Shown: positions 30,669-44,315, counted from the stretch's first letter. The stretch: DNA of 64,000 nucleotides from an uncultured Planctomycetota bacterium (GCA_963845755.1 CAWJTV010000007.1:11925-75924); one strand, 5' to 3'. The notes: a model not told the origin generated them from the sequence alone. Numbers and translations: made by a program.

Positions 30669-31243
30669 TCAGGGCTCGCCCAGCCGCTGGAAGAGCCAGG
30701 CGCGGGCCAGGGCCCAGAGGCGGTCGGCGGCCCGGCGGCCGATCCCCAGCGAATCGGCAGCCTCCTGGTGGCTCATGCCGGCGAAGTAGCGGAGCTTGAC
30801 GAGCCGCGCGGCCGTCTCGTCGTGCCGCTCCAGTTCGGAGAGCGCCTCGTCGAGGGCGAGCGAGAGGTCGGGCCGTCCCTCGACGTCCGCCGGGAAGTCG
30901 TCGAAGTCGAGCCTCCGGAGCGCCCCCCGGCCTTGAGCGCCACCTTTCCGCGGGCGCGGTTGACGAGGATGCGGCGCATCGCCTCGGCGGCGGCGGCGAA
31001 GAAGTGGGCCCGGCCGTGCCAGGGCCGGCCGGGGTCGCCCCCGACCAGCCGGAGGTACGCCTCGTGGACCAGGGCGGTGGGCTGCAGCGTCTGCCCCGGC
31101 CTCTCGTGGGCCAGCCTCGAGGCGGCCAGCCGCCGCAGCTCGTCGTAGACCAGCGGCAGGAGGTCGCGGGCCGAACGCGCTTCGCCCCGGCCGGGCGCTT
31201 CCGGGACGGGGGTGACCTCGGGGCGGTCGGACTCGTCGGGCAT
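30669..31243 (-). CDS. ECF sigma factor (planctomycete TIGR02999-like; frameshifted)
   Basis: LLPLVYDELRRLA..PGQTLQPTALVHEAYLRL..HFFAAAAEAMRRIL; LVKLRYFAGMS..W..ARAWL. Confidence 0.9.
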
Positions 31244-31505
31244 CGTCGTCTCCTGACCTGGCCGAACGGGGCGGCTCGAACGACGCCGGGCGGCGCGCGC
31301 CGCGGGCGGCCGAGGCGGGCCCGGCCCGCGCGGAGTCCCGGGATCGCTCCCATGATGTCACCAACGTCGCGAAACATCAAGGAGCCGGCCGGCCCTCCGG
31401 CGGTCGGTAATTCTCGAGCCGATCCCAATAGGCCGGAGCATCGATGACGTTCTGTGATGCGATGAGACAAGCGAGCGTTGGCGCGTCGGTATAATCGACG
31501 AATGG

Positions 31506-33943
31506 GTGCGCCGTGGCTAAGGTTTGTCTGGTCTTGTCGGGAGTGCCCCGACCCCGCTGGAAGAAGGCGGGTCAAACGTTCCGCTGACCTTCAACCGAAA
31601 GGATCGAGGGGACAACAGCATGCGGAAGAAGCGACGTGAGGCCCAGCGTCAAAGGGCCGAGAGACGTTCGCAAGTTAGGCCACGCATGGGTAAGGCTGGA
31701 TTGCTTGAACTCCAGTCCCAGTGGGTGTGCTCGATCACCGCCGGGAATGACGCTGAAACCCGGATTCCTGTCTCACGGGGGCATGCCATTCACCTCCGTG
31801 ATCTTCCGGCAGGACACACCCTGCAATGAGCAGGGGCAAGGGATGAACGGAGGCCCTCAACGTGGACCGGACCTGACCGACAACCACGGGATCGCCTAAC
31901 GGCAGCAATGCCCAAGGCGACAGAGTCCCCGTAGTAGGCATCGGCCCAAGGGGGACAGGACACAGGGCTTCACCAAGAACGGGGTGACTCGGATGAGTCA
32001 TTCAGCCCTACTCAGGCTTGAAGCACTGCGGAAGTGCAACACGGACCTCAACTGGGTCAACGCGGATCTGTATCGACTCCTCTACAAGACGGATCTCTAC
32101 ATCGTCGCGTATGAGAAAATCAAATCCGCTCCCGGGAACTTGACTCCTGGCACCGACGGGATGACTCTCGATGGGTTCTCCATGGATGCCATCGACGACA
32201 TCGTGGCGACCCTGCGAGACGAGGGTTTCCAATTCAAGCCTTCGCGGCGGGAATACATTCCCAAGGCAAATGGCAAGATGCGGCCTCTCGGCATCTCATC
32301 CCCAAGGGACAAGATCGTCCAAGAGGTCATCCATGTGATCCTCGAAGCGATCTACGACAGTCCGAAAGGGCCTACCTTTAGCGACTGTAGCCATGGTTTT
32401 CGGCCTGGTCGAGGGACTCACACGGCCCTGCATGAGTTCAGGACCAAGTGGTCTGGTGTGACGTGGATCATCGAAGGGGATATAAAATCCTGCTTCGACG
32501 AGATCGATCACCACGTCCTGGTTTCCCTGATCCGGAAGAGGATCTCGGACGAACGCTTCATCGGCCTGATCTGGAAAGCACTCCGGGCAGGCTACCTATG
32601 GAGGAAGGAACCGGGGGCCTCGTTTATCGGGACCCCGCAGGGGAGCGTGGCCAGCCCTATCCTCGCCAACATCTACCTGCACGAACTCGACCTCTTCGTC
32701 GAGGGACTACAGCAGAAGTACGAGAAGGGCAGCAAGCGGAAGGACAGCCCCGAGTATCACCGGATCAACTATCGCAGGCAGCGAGCGTTGAAACGGTCAG
32801 GTGGGATCATGACGCCGGAGATTCGCGCTTTGACGAAACAGATGCGATCTCTCCCGTCGATGGACACGTTTGACCCTGGCTTCGTCAGAGTCAAATACAT
32901 CAGATATGCAGACGATTGGATCGTCGGCGTCACGGGGCCGAGGTCCCTGGCCGAACAGATCAAGGACGAGATTCAGGCGTTCCTATGGGACAGGCTGAAA
33001 CTGCAACTCAGCCAGGAAAAGACGGTCGTCACTCACGCCAAGACCGAGGAGGCCTTCTTTCTCGGGACGCGGCTTCAGGTGGGGGCCGTCAACCCACAGC
33101 CCAAGGTTACCCACTGCCACAACCAACGGCGGCACTACCGGCGCCGGTGTACGGGGTGGAGCCCGCTGATGCGAGCGCCGATCAGGAAACTGGTCAAGCG
33201 TCTTCACCAGAAGGGCTTCTGTGACGGTGAGGGCATCGCCCGATCCAAGACAGCGTGGGTCTGCCTGGAGGTGAAGCACATCATCGAACTGTTCAACAGC
33301 ACCAATTGGGGGCTGTTGAACTACTACAGGTTTGCTGACAACTTCGCCTCCATGAGCCGTATCCAGTACATCCTGCATTTGTCACTTGCGAAGACCTTAG
33401 CCCACAAGTTGCAGAAGCCCGTTAAGCAGCTCCTCTGCGAACACGGACGCACTCTGCAATTCAACTGGAAAGACGGCGAGGGGAAGGAACGGAACACCTT
33501 CTTCAAAGCCAACTCCGACTGGACCCGGAACCCCACGGCATTTCTAACGGGAAGAGATCAAACCGACCCACTGGAGATGCACGTCCGATTCCGGACAAGG
33601 TCCCGCCTGGACCACCCATGCATCATCTGCGAAACAACGGTCGGGGTGCAGATGCACCACGTCCGTCACATCCGAAAGATGGAGGGCAAACCTGTCGGTG
33701 GGTTTGCCTGGCTGATGCGACTCCAGAACCGGAAGCAAGTGCCCGTCTGCCGAGAGTGCCACCGTAAGATCCACCGAGGAGAATATGATGGCCTCCGACT
33801 GGCGGACCTGGCATACCGGGTTGGACCGTGACACAAATGTAGATCCTGTGTCTGGAGAGCCGGATGCACGAAAACGTGCCTGTCCGGTTCGGGAGGGGGC
33901 GGTTGGATTCCCTTGAGATCAAGGGGCTGGCCGCCTACCTCAT
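31506..33943 (+). mobile_element. Complete group II intron, subgroup IIA (ML/LtrB-like)
   Basis: 5' GTGCG; domain V GAGCCGGATGCACGAAAACGTGCCTGTCCGGTTC (33857-33890); domain VI with bulged A 7 nt from the AT end; EBS1 CCATTC (31786-31791) pairs with IBS1 GAATGG; EBS2 TCGAT (31731-31735) pairs with ATCGA; delta G31785 pairs with C33944. Confidence 0.95.
31993..33831 (+). CDS. ltrA: Intron-encoded RT/maturase/HNH endonuclease
   Basis: TPGTDG, IPKANGKMRPLGI, EGDIKSCFD, GTPQGS, YIRYADD, domain X, CIIC..HHVRH..CRECHRKIH. Confidence 0.95.
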   Translation: MSHSALLRLEALRKCNTDLNWVNADLYRLLYKTDLYIVAYEKIKSAPGNLTPGTDGMTLDGFSMDAIDDIVATLRDEGFQFKPSRREYIPKANGKMRPLGISSPRDKIVQEVIHVILEAIYDSPKGPTFSDCSHGFRPGRGTHTALHEFRTKWSGVTWIIEGDIKSCFDEIDHHVLVSLIRKRISDERFIGLIWKALRAGYLWRKEPGASFIGTPQGSVASPILANIYLHELDLFVEGLQQKYEKGSKRKDSPEYHRINYRRQRALKRSGGIMTPEIRALTKQMRSLPSMDTFDPGFVRVKYIRYADDWIVGVTGPRSLAEQIKDEIQAFLWDRLKLQLSQEKTVVTHAKTEEAFFLGTRLQVGAVNPQPKVTHCHNQRRHYRRRCTGWSPLMRAPIRKLVKRLHQKGFCDGEGIARSKTAWVCLEVKHIIELFNSTNWGLLNYYRFADNFASMSRIQYILHLSLAKTLAHKLQKPVKQLLCEHGRTLQFNWKDGEGKERNTFFKANSDWTRNPTAFLTGRDQTDPLEMHVRFRTRSRLDHPCIICETTVGVQMHHVRHIRKMEGKPVGGFAWLMRLQNRKQVPVCRECHRKIHRGEYDGLRLADLAYRVGP

Positions 33944-33949
33944 CACTAG

Positions 33950-34151
33950 CTTTAGCGCAACATCCGATCGGACTTAGACTTGTGAACAGAGAGCCTACAA
34001 GCTCCTTGGGCCTGATCCCAGGGGCACCGTCTGAAGCCCCATGTTTCCCGGCTCTTCCGTCACCAACAAGATGATCATAGTTGGATATTGGCGACGGAAA
34101 ACCCGCCAGCCGCGAGCGCAACTCTTTTAGAAATAATGATTTGTGCTTAAG
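33950..34151. mobile_element. Putative 202-bp MITE flanked by CTAG
   Basis: Ends CTTTAGCGCAA / TTGTGCTTAAG (9/11 inverted match); CTAG at 33946-33949 and 34152-34155; no ORF. Confidence 0.5.
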
Positions 34152-34160
34152 CTAGTGCCA

Positions 34161-34225
34161 TTCGTCTGATCGACCGAAGCAGCCAAGGATGTCGTTGCGC
34201 GCGTTCGGTCGGATCGACCGAAGCC
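34161..34225 (-). repeat. Double-hairpin REP-like repeat, inverted copy of 55388-55452
   Basis: Reverse complement: ggcttcggtcgatccgaccgaacgcgcgcaacgacatccttggctgcttcggtcgatcagacgaa. Confidence 0.85.
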
Positions 34226-34732
34226 ATCTTCTGCCGGTAATGTCGGACGCGACTGGAGCCAAGCCAGTGTACGCTTGACCCTAGATCCTCCCCAGGCCGA
34301 TGATAGGGCGATGCTCCGAGAACTCCCGGAAGACACCAAGTTGCGCCTCGGCTATCGCATCGCCTACGGGGAAGCCGCCCGCCTGGCGGAGATGGCCACA
34401 TTCGACCACGGCTGGGGCAGGGACTTCGCTGCCCAGATCGGCGGTCAACCCGACGCGATCGAGAAGGAAGTGTTGCGGCGGGTCGGCCCGGGCTCCATCC
34501 CGAGGTCGTCAAGTTGGCGGTCCGGGACGCCCTAGAGCCCCGAAAGCCGCGGTGGTGAGGGGCGGAGCGTCGTCGCATCATCGCGTGCGGGATCCGGCGT
34601 GGCCGTGCGTGCCGGACCGGGGATATTGCCCCTCCAAGCGCTTATGATGAAGCTACGATAGTACGGTTCGCCGGTCCGGGTTTGCCCTTCGTCTTGGGGC
34701 GGCCCGCGGTTTCATGATCGGGGGAGATCGCT

Positions 34733-35461
34733 ATGAGGCTCGATGGAAAACGGGTGGTTATCATCGGCGGGAGCTCGGGGATCGGCCTGGAGACGGCACG
34801 GCTGGCGCTGGCCGAAGGAGCATCCATTACCATCGCCGGTAGGTCAGAGGGCCGACTGCAACGGGCCGCCGAGAGCCTGGTCGCCGCGGGGAATGTTGAT
34901 CGGCTTCGCACCGTCGTCGCCGACATCGCCGTAGAATCGTCGATCCAGGCACTATTCGCAAGCGAGACGCGGGTCGATCATGTCTTCCTGCCAGCCGGGG
35001 AACTCAGGCCAGGAGGCGGTGACGTGCTGGGAACCGAGCTCGAAGGGCTGCGGTCGATCCTGGAGGTCCGCCTGCTCGGCGTGGCCCTCGTCTTGAGGCA
35101 AGCGAAGCCGCGGATGGAGGGCGGTTCAATCACGCTGATGTCCGGCCTCTACTCGACGCGCCCGGCAGCCGGCGGAGCGATGGCGGCTGCCGCCGTCGCA
35201 GGGGTGGAGGGTATGACCAGGGCACTGGCATTGGATTTGGCCCCGATTCGGGTCAATGCGGTGGCTCCCGGCCTGATCGACACGCCGCTCTGGGCCGCCT
35301 TCGGCCCGCAACGGGAAGCATTCGCCGCGAGGGCCGCCAAGCTGCCGGTCCGACGGATCGGCCGGCCGGAGGAGGTGGCCGAGGCGGTCCTCTTCCTGAT
35401 GACCAACGGGTTTGTCACTGGGACCGTCTTGCGGATCGACGGCGGGGGTGGGCTGGTTTGA
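34733..35461 (+). CDS. Short-chain dehydrogenase/reductase
   Basis: GKRVVIIGGSSGIG, IRVNAVAPG, RIGRPEEVA, DGGG; the canonical YxxxK is replaced (MAAAAV). Confidence 0.9.
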   Translation: MRLDGKRVVIIGGSSGIGLETARLALAEGASITIAGRSEGRLQRAAESLVAAGNVDRLRTVVADIAVESSIQALFASETRVDHVFLPAGELRPGGGDVLGTELEGLRSILEVRLLGVALVLRQAKPRMEGGSITLMSGLYSTRPAAGGAMAAAAVAGVEGMTRALALDLAPIRVNAVAPGLIDTPLWAAFGPQREAFAARAAKLPVRRIGRPEEVAEAVLFLMTNGFVTGTVLRIDGGGGLV

Positions 35462-35786
35462 ATGGTAGCGCCCAGATGGTCGGGTGGGCGAAACCAAGGG
35501 GTCTGCCGTTGAAGGATAATCTTACACGAATCTGAACGCCACGCTGAGCGAGGGCAGCTACCTAGGCCGGCCTCGGCACCATTCACCACGCAGGGCCACC
35601 ATGTTCCGGGTCAGTCAACAGGGCGAGGGCATCGACGACGCCGACACCATTGAGCCCGGGAGATCGTCAGGGGCCGCTTGGAGGCGAGCCCCACCAACCC
35701 ACCTCCAAGCCATGGACTGCCCAAGATGGAATCGCGTATCATCCACCAGGGAGTGAAGCCCGAGGAACCGACAAGGCGAGGGATCG

Positions 35787-37629
<1,843 letters not shown>

Positions 37630-38130
37630 ACTCGGGTGGGCGGTTGACGCCGACCTGCGGAGGGCTGGCCGGCGGCTCGGCCGGGCCGCAGGGCGGAGCC
37701 CAGCCGGCCGGAGCCGGAGTGAGCCCGAGGTCGCGGGCGTTGAATCATCCTGGAAACGACGACAAGGCAAGAGATCAAGAGGCACCAGCTCCTCCCTTGC
37801 CCCTTGGCACCCGCCCCGCCTGACACCTCGAACGCCCCGCACTTGGCCTCACGAGGGGTTCAACCGCGCCGGCACGAACTCGCGATCCACGACCACCCAT
37901 AACCCAGGCTGCTCGACGTTGTAACCGGTCAGCCGCTAGAACCGGCGCCCCTGATCGTCACACCTGACTCCAGGGCCGTCCCGATCGGCGAGTGGTTGTC
38001 CCGGGCCGCCTCGACCCGATGGCGTGGATCCTGTCCCGATAGAGGATCGGTCCCTTGGCCGGGCCGATCTTGGTGAAATATGCGACCGATCCTCTCCTCA
38101 TCCCTAGGTAGTAACGCCCTCGCCAACATC

Positions 38131-39100
38131 TCACGCGAGACTCTTCGCCACTTCCTCGATGGTAGTCGGCGCGTGCCCTTCGAGCCGGTTGTTGATGAAC
38201 AGCCAGGATGGGACCTTCCGATGCAGCGACTGCCTGGCGATCTCGACCATCCCCTCCCGAGCACCCTCGTTCAGCTCCTGAAGATGCTCGTAGGGCTCGA
38301 AGGACTCCACCGCCTTCTCGTAGGCACGCCCTCGGGCCAACAGCGCCCGGACAACCGTGAAATCAGCCGTGTAGGCGTCGGTGAGCCGGGCCTGCTGGTC
38401 GAGAACGGGCATCCGGGTCCAGGCGTTGAACACGTGGGCGACGTTGTGTGACGCCAAGAGGCCGAAATACTCCGGCGACAGGTAGTTTTCGTTCCGGATC
38501 TCGACCGCGTATCGGAATCCCTGCGGCAAGGATCGTAGGAAAGGATCGAGCCGTGCCAGGAAATCGGCGGGAGTCGGGAACGTGGTCTTGTTGAACGACC
38601 CGAACTCGAAGATCAGCGGACCGAGCCGTTCCTTGTAGGGCTCGAGCGCCTTTGCGAAGAACCGATCGAAGGTCTTCGCATGGAGGAAGTGCTCATTCTC
38701 CAGGCCGGCACGCTTGCCGTACCGGGCATGCTTCGGCCAGACGGGGACCGTGATGTCTTCCGGCACCTTCAGGCCGAGGAGGAACCCCGCTGGAATCTGG
38801 CCGAAGAGCCGTTCCCAATACTCCTCGGTCGGGAACTGGTAGAAGGCGAAGTCGCCGCAGACGGTCGGGAAGGTCTGGGCATACTCGGCCAGGCACGTCT
38901 CCTCGAACTTCTTCTTCGAGAGCTTGCCCCGCGTCACATACGCGATCCTGGCTGTAAATGCTGCCAAGCCAACCCTCGTACTTCCACGAGCTGGTGCCGA
39001 AGTAGATACGTTGCTCGGCGAGCGCCCGCAGCTTCGGCCGAAGGCGGGCGGCTTGTGGTGGCAGGTCGTCGGAGTCGTCGAACCCTGGGAACCGCGACAT
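38131..39100 (-). CDS. DUF72 (YecE-like) protein; frameshift ~38945
   Basis: IYFGTSSWKYEGW, FPTVCGDFAFYQFP, LKVP..IT, LGPLIFEF, RYAVEIRN, FINNRLEGHAP. Confidence 0.88.
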
Positions 39101-39191
39101 CGGATGGCCTCCAATGCGTACCGTAGGGCCACGCCCCCAGTATAACCGGCCCCTCGCACCGTCACATCTCGACCCCTTGCCGACGATCAAT

Positions 39192-39662
39192 TCAAATCCG
39201 CTGATCGATCAGCACCGGCATGCGGTCGGAGCCCGTCATCACCTTGTAATAATGTGATGCTGGCTCGCAGATCATATAACAGACCGCCCAGCCCTGCTCG
39301 TCGGGCACGAGCAATCCCCGGACACCCGTCTCGATCAGGAACCAGACGCCTCGCCGCTCCAGCCCGTAATTCGCCGGGATTTCGACCGGCACGCCCCGGC
39401 TGCCCTGCCATCGCCCTTCGCGGATTGAAGCCTCCCAGGTCCAGCCGGTCCGCGGCAAGATTCGGCTTCGGCCCCGGCCGTTCCCCCATCGGGCGATCTG
39501 GAGTTGCCCGTCTCGCCAGATCGGCAGGCACGCGCGGCGGTCACGGAAGAGGAAGCGGTACTCCTCCCGCTTGCCGCGCAGATGCCGGCGGCGTCGCAGC
39601 CCGAATCGCCCTATCAACTCCGTAGGCAGTTCGCTCCCTGCGACGGCAATCCCGAGACACAC
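39192..39662 (-). CDS. SRAP (YedK/HMCES)-like abasic-site protein, compact form
   Basis: GTG start followed by Cys2 (MCLG), ARWG, C-terminal DRMPVLI; divergent from the Y-family polymerase gene. Confidence 0.65.
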   Translation of the reverse strand: MCLGIAVAGSELPTELIGRFGLRRRRHLRGKREEYRFLFRDRRACLPIWRDGQLQIARWGNGRGRSRILPRTGWTWEASIREGRWQGSRGVPVEIPANYGLERRGVWFLIETGVRGLLVPDEQGWAVCYMICEPASHYYKVMTGSDRMPVLIDQRI

Positions 39663-39722
39663 GCCGGTTCTTCCCGCCTCCACCGCCTTGACTGTCCGCC
39701 TGTTTATAGTAGGCTTTTGTTC

Positions 39723-40945
39723 ATGGGGCGCCAAGGGCCGGTTGGACATGTTGACGCCGATGCGTTCTACGTCTCCGCGGAACGGGTTCGCTACGCGCCA
39801 CCTGGCCGACATGCCGGTAGGCGTCCTGGGGAATCAGGGCGCGTGCGTCATTGCCAAGTCCTACGAGATGAATGCTCTGGGCGTGAAAACGGGCATGCCC
39901 ATCTGGGACGCGCAGCGGCTCTGCCCCGACGGCCTCTACGTCAAGCGGGATTTCCGATGGTATGAGGTGCTCTCGAGGATGATGCTCGAGGCCGTCCGCG
40001 AACTCTCGCCGAGGGTCGAGTATTACAGCATCGACGAATTCTTTTTCGATGCCTCGGTCGCCCCGGCCGATGATTTCCAGTCCTTCGCGGTGTCGATTCG
40101 GGACGAGATCATGGGGCGCGTCCATGTCCCGGTGACAGTCGGGATCGCCCGCACGCGGCACGCTGGCCAAGCTGATCTCCGACGCCGCCAAGCCATTCGG
40201 GGCGATGGCGATTTTGGACCGAGGCACCGAGGAGTCGTTGCTGGCCGCCCACCCGGTTACGGACGTCACGGGCATTTCCGGACGGCGGGAAAAGCGGCTG
40301 ATCCCGTGGGGTATTCGCACATGCCTCGATCTCGCCCAGGCCGACCGGCGGTTAATCCGGCAGATCCTGACCGCCAGCGGCGAGGCGTTGTGGTGGGAAC
40401 TCAACGGCGATCCGGTTCTCCCGATCCGAACGCAACGGATGCCGCACAAGGTCCTCTCCCGCGGCGGAAGCTTCGGCGAGCCGACCGATGTCCCCTCCGT
40501 GCTCTGGGCGTGGCTGGTGCGCAATCTCGAGCGGCTGATCGAGGAGTTGGTCTACCACCGGGTGCTGACCGGCCGCAGAGCGGTCTGGGTGGGATATCGA
40601 GACGGCCGCGCGGGCGAAGGACGAGCGACCTTGCAGGTGCCGACTAACCGATTTGACGCCCTGCTGGAAACGTACCGGCCCTGCCTTCGGAGGGCCTGGT
40701 TGCCCCGCACACTCGCCTCTCGGATGCATTTGTTCGCCGATGATCTGACGCCGGACGTGCCGCGGCAACTGGGATTGTTCGATCGGGACGGCGAGGACGC
40801 CGCGACCGAATTGAAGCGGACGATCAATCAGAAGCATGGTCGATTCGCGCTGCGGAGCGCGGCTACGTTACCTCTAGCGCCGATCTATGCCGACAATGCC
40901 CAGGCGTACGACATCTGCGACGTGCACGGCAAGATGTGTTTCTGA
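39723..40945 (+). CDS. Y-family DNA polymerase (DinB/UmuC-like); two frameshifts
   Basis: HVDADAFYVSAE, CVIAKSYE..GVKTGMP, EYYSIDEFF, VGIARTR..AKL..AKPFG, QLGLF clamp-binding motif. Confidence 0.92.
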
Positions 40946-41149
40946 ACTGGGAATCGAGCTTGCCTCCGAGCCCCGGCCATCCGGGATACGCCCGACCGAG
41001 CACCGCGGACACAGCCATGCCCGACCGGAACTCATAGGATACGGCTCAGGTGTCATACGCCGACTTCCAATCAAGTTGGCTTGAGCCGATCGCTCGAACT
41101 GACTATGCTGGCGGGACGTAAGTTCTTCTCCTAACTGGTCAATCCTTCC

Positions 41150-42254
41150 ATGACACACCCGTTCGAGTTGGACGCGGCGATCGGGCTGGACGCCGCGTGG
41201 CTCCTAACTGCGCAGGTCGAAGTCCGGAGCTTGGTCCCACACCCCGCCGAAGCCGAGACGCACACGTTGCCAGTCGCCCTCATGGTAGGCATGGCGCTGG
41301 CCGGCATCGCCGCCCTGGCCTGGCTCTACGTCCGCAAGCGGCGTGTGCAGGAGATCGTCGATGCGCAGTTCAAGGGCTTCCGCGAGCGTGCCGTCGCGCT
41401 GATGGACCAGCTCGACGCCCTGCGCAAGCGTCAGAGTGAACTCCCCACGACAGACCCCGACTTCACCGAGCCGATGGCGGGCGCCACGCTGTCGCTCTAC
41501 CAGGGGGTCAGCTCCGACCTGGACGCCCTCTGGGAGCGCTGGCTCCGCGTGATGGACATCTGGAAGACGGCCCAGGGTCGGCTCCAGTCTGACTCGGGGT
41601 TGACCACCCAGGCGGCGCACGACGCCGGGGCGCTGTTGAAGTCCGGCGACCTCGACCGGCTGCAGGCCCTGGCCGGCTCGTGCAAGGAGCAGCTCGACCG
41701 GCTCAACATCGCCCACGAGCGCCGCCCGAGCCGCCTTGAAGTCGGGTCGCCAAGAGCTGGCGCAACTGCGCGGCGCCGTCGAGCGGGGGACCGGCGTGCT
41801 CTTGCCCGACGACCCCCACCACGCCGAGATCGAATCGGCCGAGGCCGCCTTTTCCGAGGCCGAGTCCCGCCTGGCGTCCGACCCGATCGGCGCCGAGAGC
41901 ACCATCCAGCGGACCCGCCAGGCCATTGCTGCCGCCTCAGTGCCCCCCCAGCCCATTCCCGGCCGACCCTGGGGACCCTCCGCCATTTCGATCTTCGACG
42001 ATCTGGCCTCCGCCGCCGACGGCCTCCGCTCGACTATCGCCCGGCTCAGGGTTTTCGACCTGATCGGCTGGTTCGTCCGGATCTGGCTGTTCGTCTGGGT
42101 CGCCGGCCTGCTCCTGGCCGTCTTCACTACCGTCCTGCCCCTGGCGCTGCTCGCCCTCGGCCTGCTCCTCATGCTGACCCTCGGCTGTGGGTTCGTCCGC
42201 CTCCTGCTCTTGTTCCTCGGCATCGGCCCCTGGACGTCCCGGCGCTTACGGTGA
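41150..42254 (+). CDS. Membrane-anchored helical hypothetical protein; frameshift ~41720
   Basis: N-terminal TM (LMVGMALAGIAALAWLYV), coiled region, C-terminal hydrophobic helices in ORF 41736-42254. Confidence 0.65.
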
Positions 42255-42390
42255 GGTGGCTCCGCCGTTGCCCTCATCTTGCGTGCCCGTCAAACTGGAC
42301 GGGTCCGGCAACGACAAGGCGGGAGTGTCGGCCGGGCCGGACGCCAGATCCATCGTGTAGGAGACAGTGGTCATCCACAGGAATGACACC

Positions 42391-42738
42391 ATGACTCGCC
42401 GAACGCTGTTGACCGCCACACCTGCCTTGCTGGCCTCGCCGGTTCGCTTCGGCCCCGCCGCCGATCAGGGGCTGCCTCCATTGCCGGAACCCGGCCAGCC
42501 GATGCAGCAGGTCCTCCGCGCCTTGATCGCCTGGCATGGCGGCACGGCGGCGGCTGTCGTTGCGTTGACACAGGGGTTGGACCAAGAGTTGGGCGAGTAC
42601 GTCGATGACGAGCAGTACAACGCGATTCGACCGCACCTCGAACGACTCGAGGATTGGGCCGGCGCTCGGACGGTTGACGAGGTAACCTACGAGGATCGCG
42701 TTCAGGCGGCTTGTGCGAGATATGGATACGTGCGGTGA
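42391..42738 (+). CDS. Hypothetical protein (RRTLL Tat-like start)
   Basis: ATG 42391, MTRRTLLTATPALLA; normal composition. Confidence 0.45.
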   Translation: MTRRTLLTATPALLASPVRFGPAADQGLPPLPEPGQPMQQVLRALIAWHGGTAAAVVALTQGLDQELGEYVDDEQYNAIRPHLERLEDWAGARTVDEVTYEDRVQAACARYGYVR

Positions 42739-42895
42739 TCGCCTGATAGCCGTTGAACCTCATCGATCCCGGCATCGTCCCGACCGCTCCAGGTGAGCCC
42801 CGCCAACCCACCTCCAGGGCATGGACTGCCCACGATGGAGTCGCGTATCATCCACCGGAGGTTGAGGACCGAAGAAACAATGCTGTGGGGTATCG

Positions 42896-44144
42896 ATGCC
42901 CAAGATCTTCCTCTCTTACCGGCGCGAGGATTCAGCCGCCGAGGCCGGACGGATCTACGACCGCCTGCGCATCCACTTCGGCGACAACGCTGTCTTCATG
43001 GACATCGACGCCATTCCATTCGGTGTCGATTTCCGGGAACACATCAGAGAGGCGGTCGAACAGTGCGGCATTCTTCTGGCTGTCATCGGCCCCAACTGGT
43101 TCGGCCCTGCCGGCATCTCCCCGACGGATCGATGATCCGCGTGACTTCGTACGGATTGAGATTGAATCCGCGTTGGAACGAAAGCTCCCCGTGGTCCCGA
43201 TTTTGATCAAGCATACCCGGATGCCGGCCGAGACGGACCTACCGCCCTCCCTGGCCTCGCTGGCCTTTCACAATGCGCTGGAGCTGGATCAGGGACGGGA
43301 CTTCCATTCCCATGCCGACCGGCTCATCAAAGGGATCGAACGACTATTTCCGCCTTCGCCGCGAGAGATGACGAACTCGATCGGGATGAAGCTGACCTTG
43401 ATCCCCGCCGGGGAATTTCAGATGGGCTCGGATGAGAGCGACACGGACGCGAGGGACACTGAGTTTGTGGTCAACCCCGAGGGCGAGAAGCAGAAGCACT
43501 TGGTGCGGATCACCCGGCCGTTCTACTTGGGGGTGACCGAAGTGACCCAGGGGCAATACCAGGCGGTGATGGGCAAGACCCCGAGCGTTTTCAGGATGTC
43601 AGATGATCTACCCGTTGAGCGAGTTTCTTGGTTCGACGCAATCGAGTTCTGCATCAAACTGAGCGACAAGGAAACCCAGCAACCCCGCTATCGGATTGAA
43701 GACAAAACGGTTACGTTCACTGGCGGTTACGGATACCGTTTGCCCACCGAGGCGGAATGGGAATATGCCTGCCGAGCCGGCAGCACAACGCGTTATCCGT
43801 TCGGAGATGATGAGAACGGCCTGGGAGAGTACGCGTGGTACCACAAGAACGCCGGTGGTAAGACCCACCCCGTCGGTCAGAAAAGAGCCAACGTGTGGGG
43901 CCTCCACGACATGATGGGAAACGTGTGGGAGTGGTGCTGGGACGGGTATGCAGTCGATTATTACAAGGGGTCAACGGTGGACGATCCGCATGGCGCCACA
44001 AAGTCTGAGGGCCGGGTGGTCCGCGGCGGAAGCTGGAACGGCAACCCGCTCGCTTCCCGATCGGCGCACCGCGCGTGGTTCGGGCGGGAGTTCCGGAGCG
44101 ACATCTTGGGGTTCCGCGTCGCCCTCGGGGACTCTGGCCGCTGA
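42896..44144 (+). CDS. TIR domain - FGE-sulfatase protein with no TM helix; frameshift ~43120
   Basis: IFLSYRREDS, DDPRDFVRIEIESAL, NSIGMKL, RLPTEAEWEYACRAG, DMMGNVWEWC, RGGSW, LGFRV. Confidence 0.9.
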
Positions 44145-44315
44145 GCCCAGGCGAGGCATCGCCAGCGGGCTCGCCGAGGACTGGCCGGCGGTGCGGCAGA
44201 GCCAGAGGTCGAAGCCGGTCGTGGCTGCGGATGATCCGGCATCCGGACGGGCGGGTTGAGGAAGAGGCGTAGCCGTGGGAAATGGGTACTCATTCGCAAT
44301 CGGGCTGAAGCCTCA

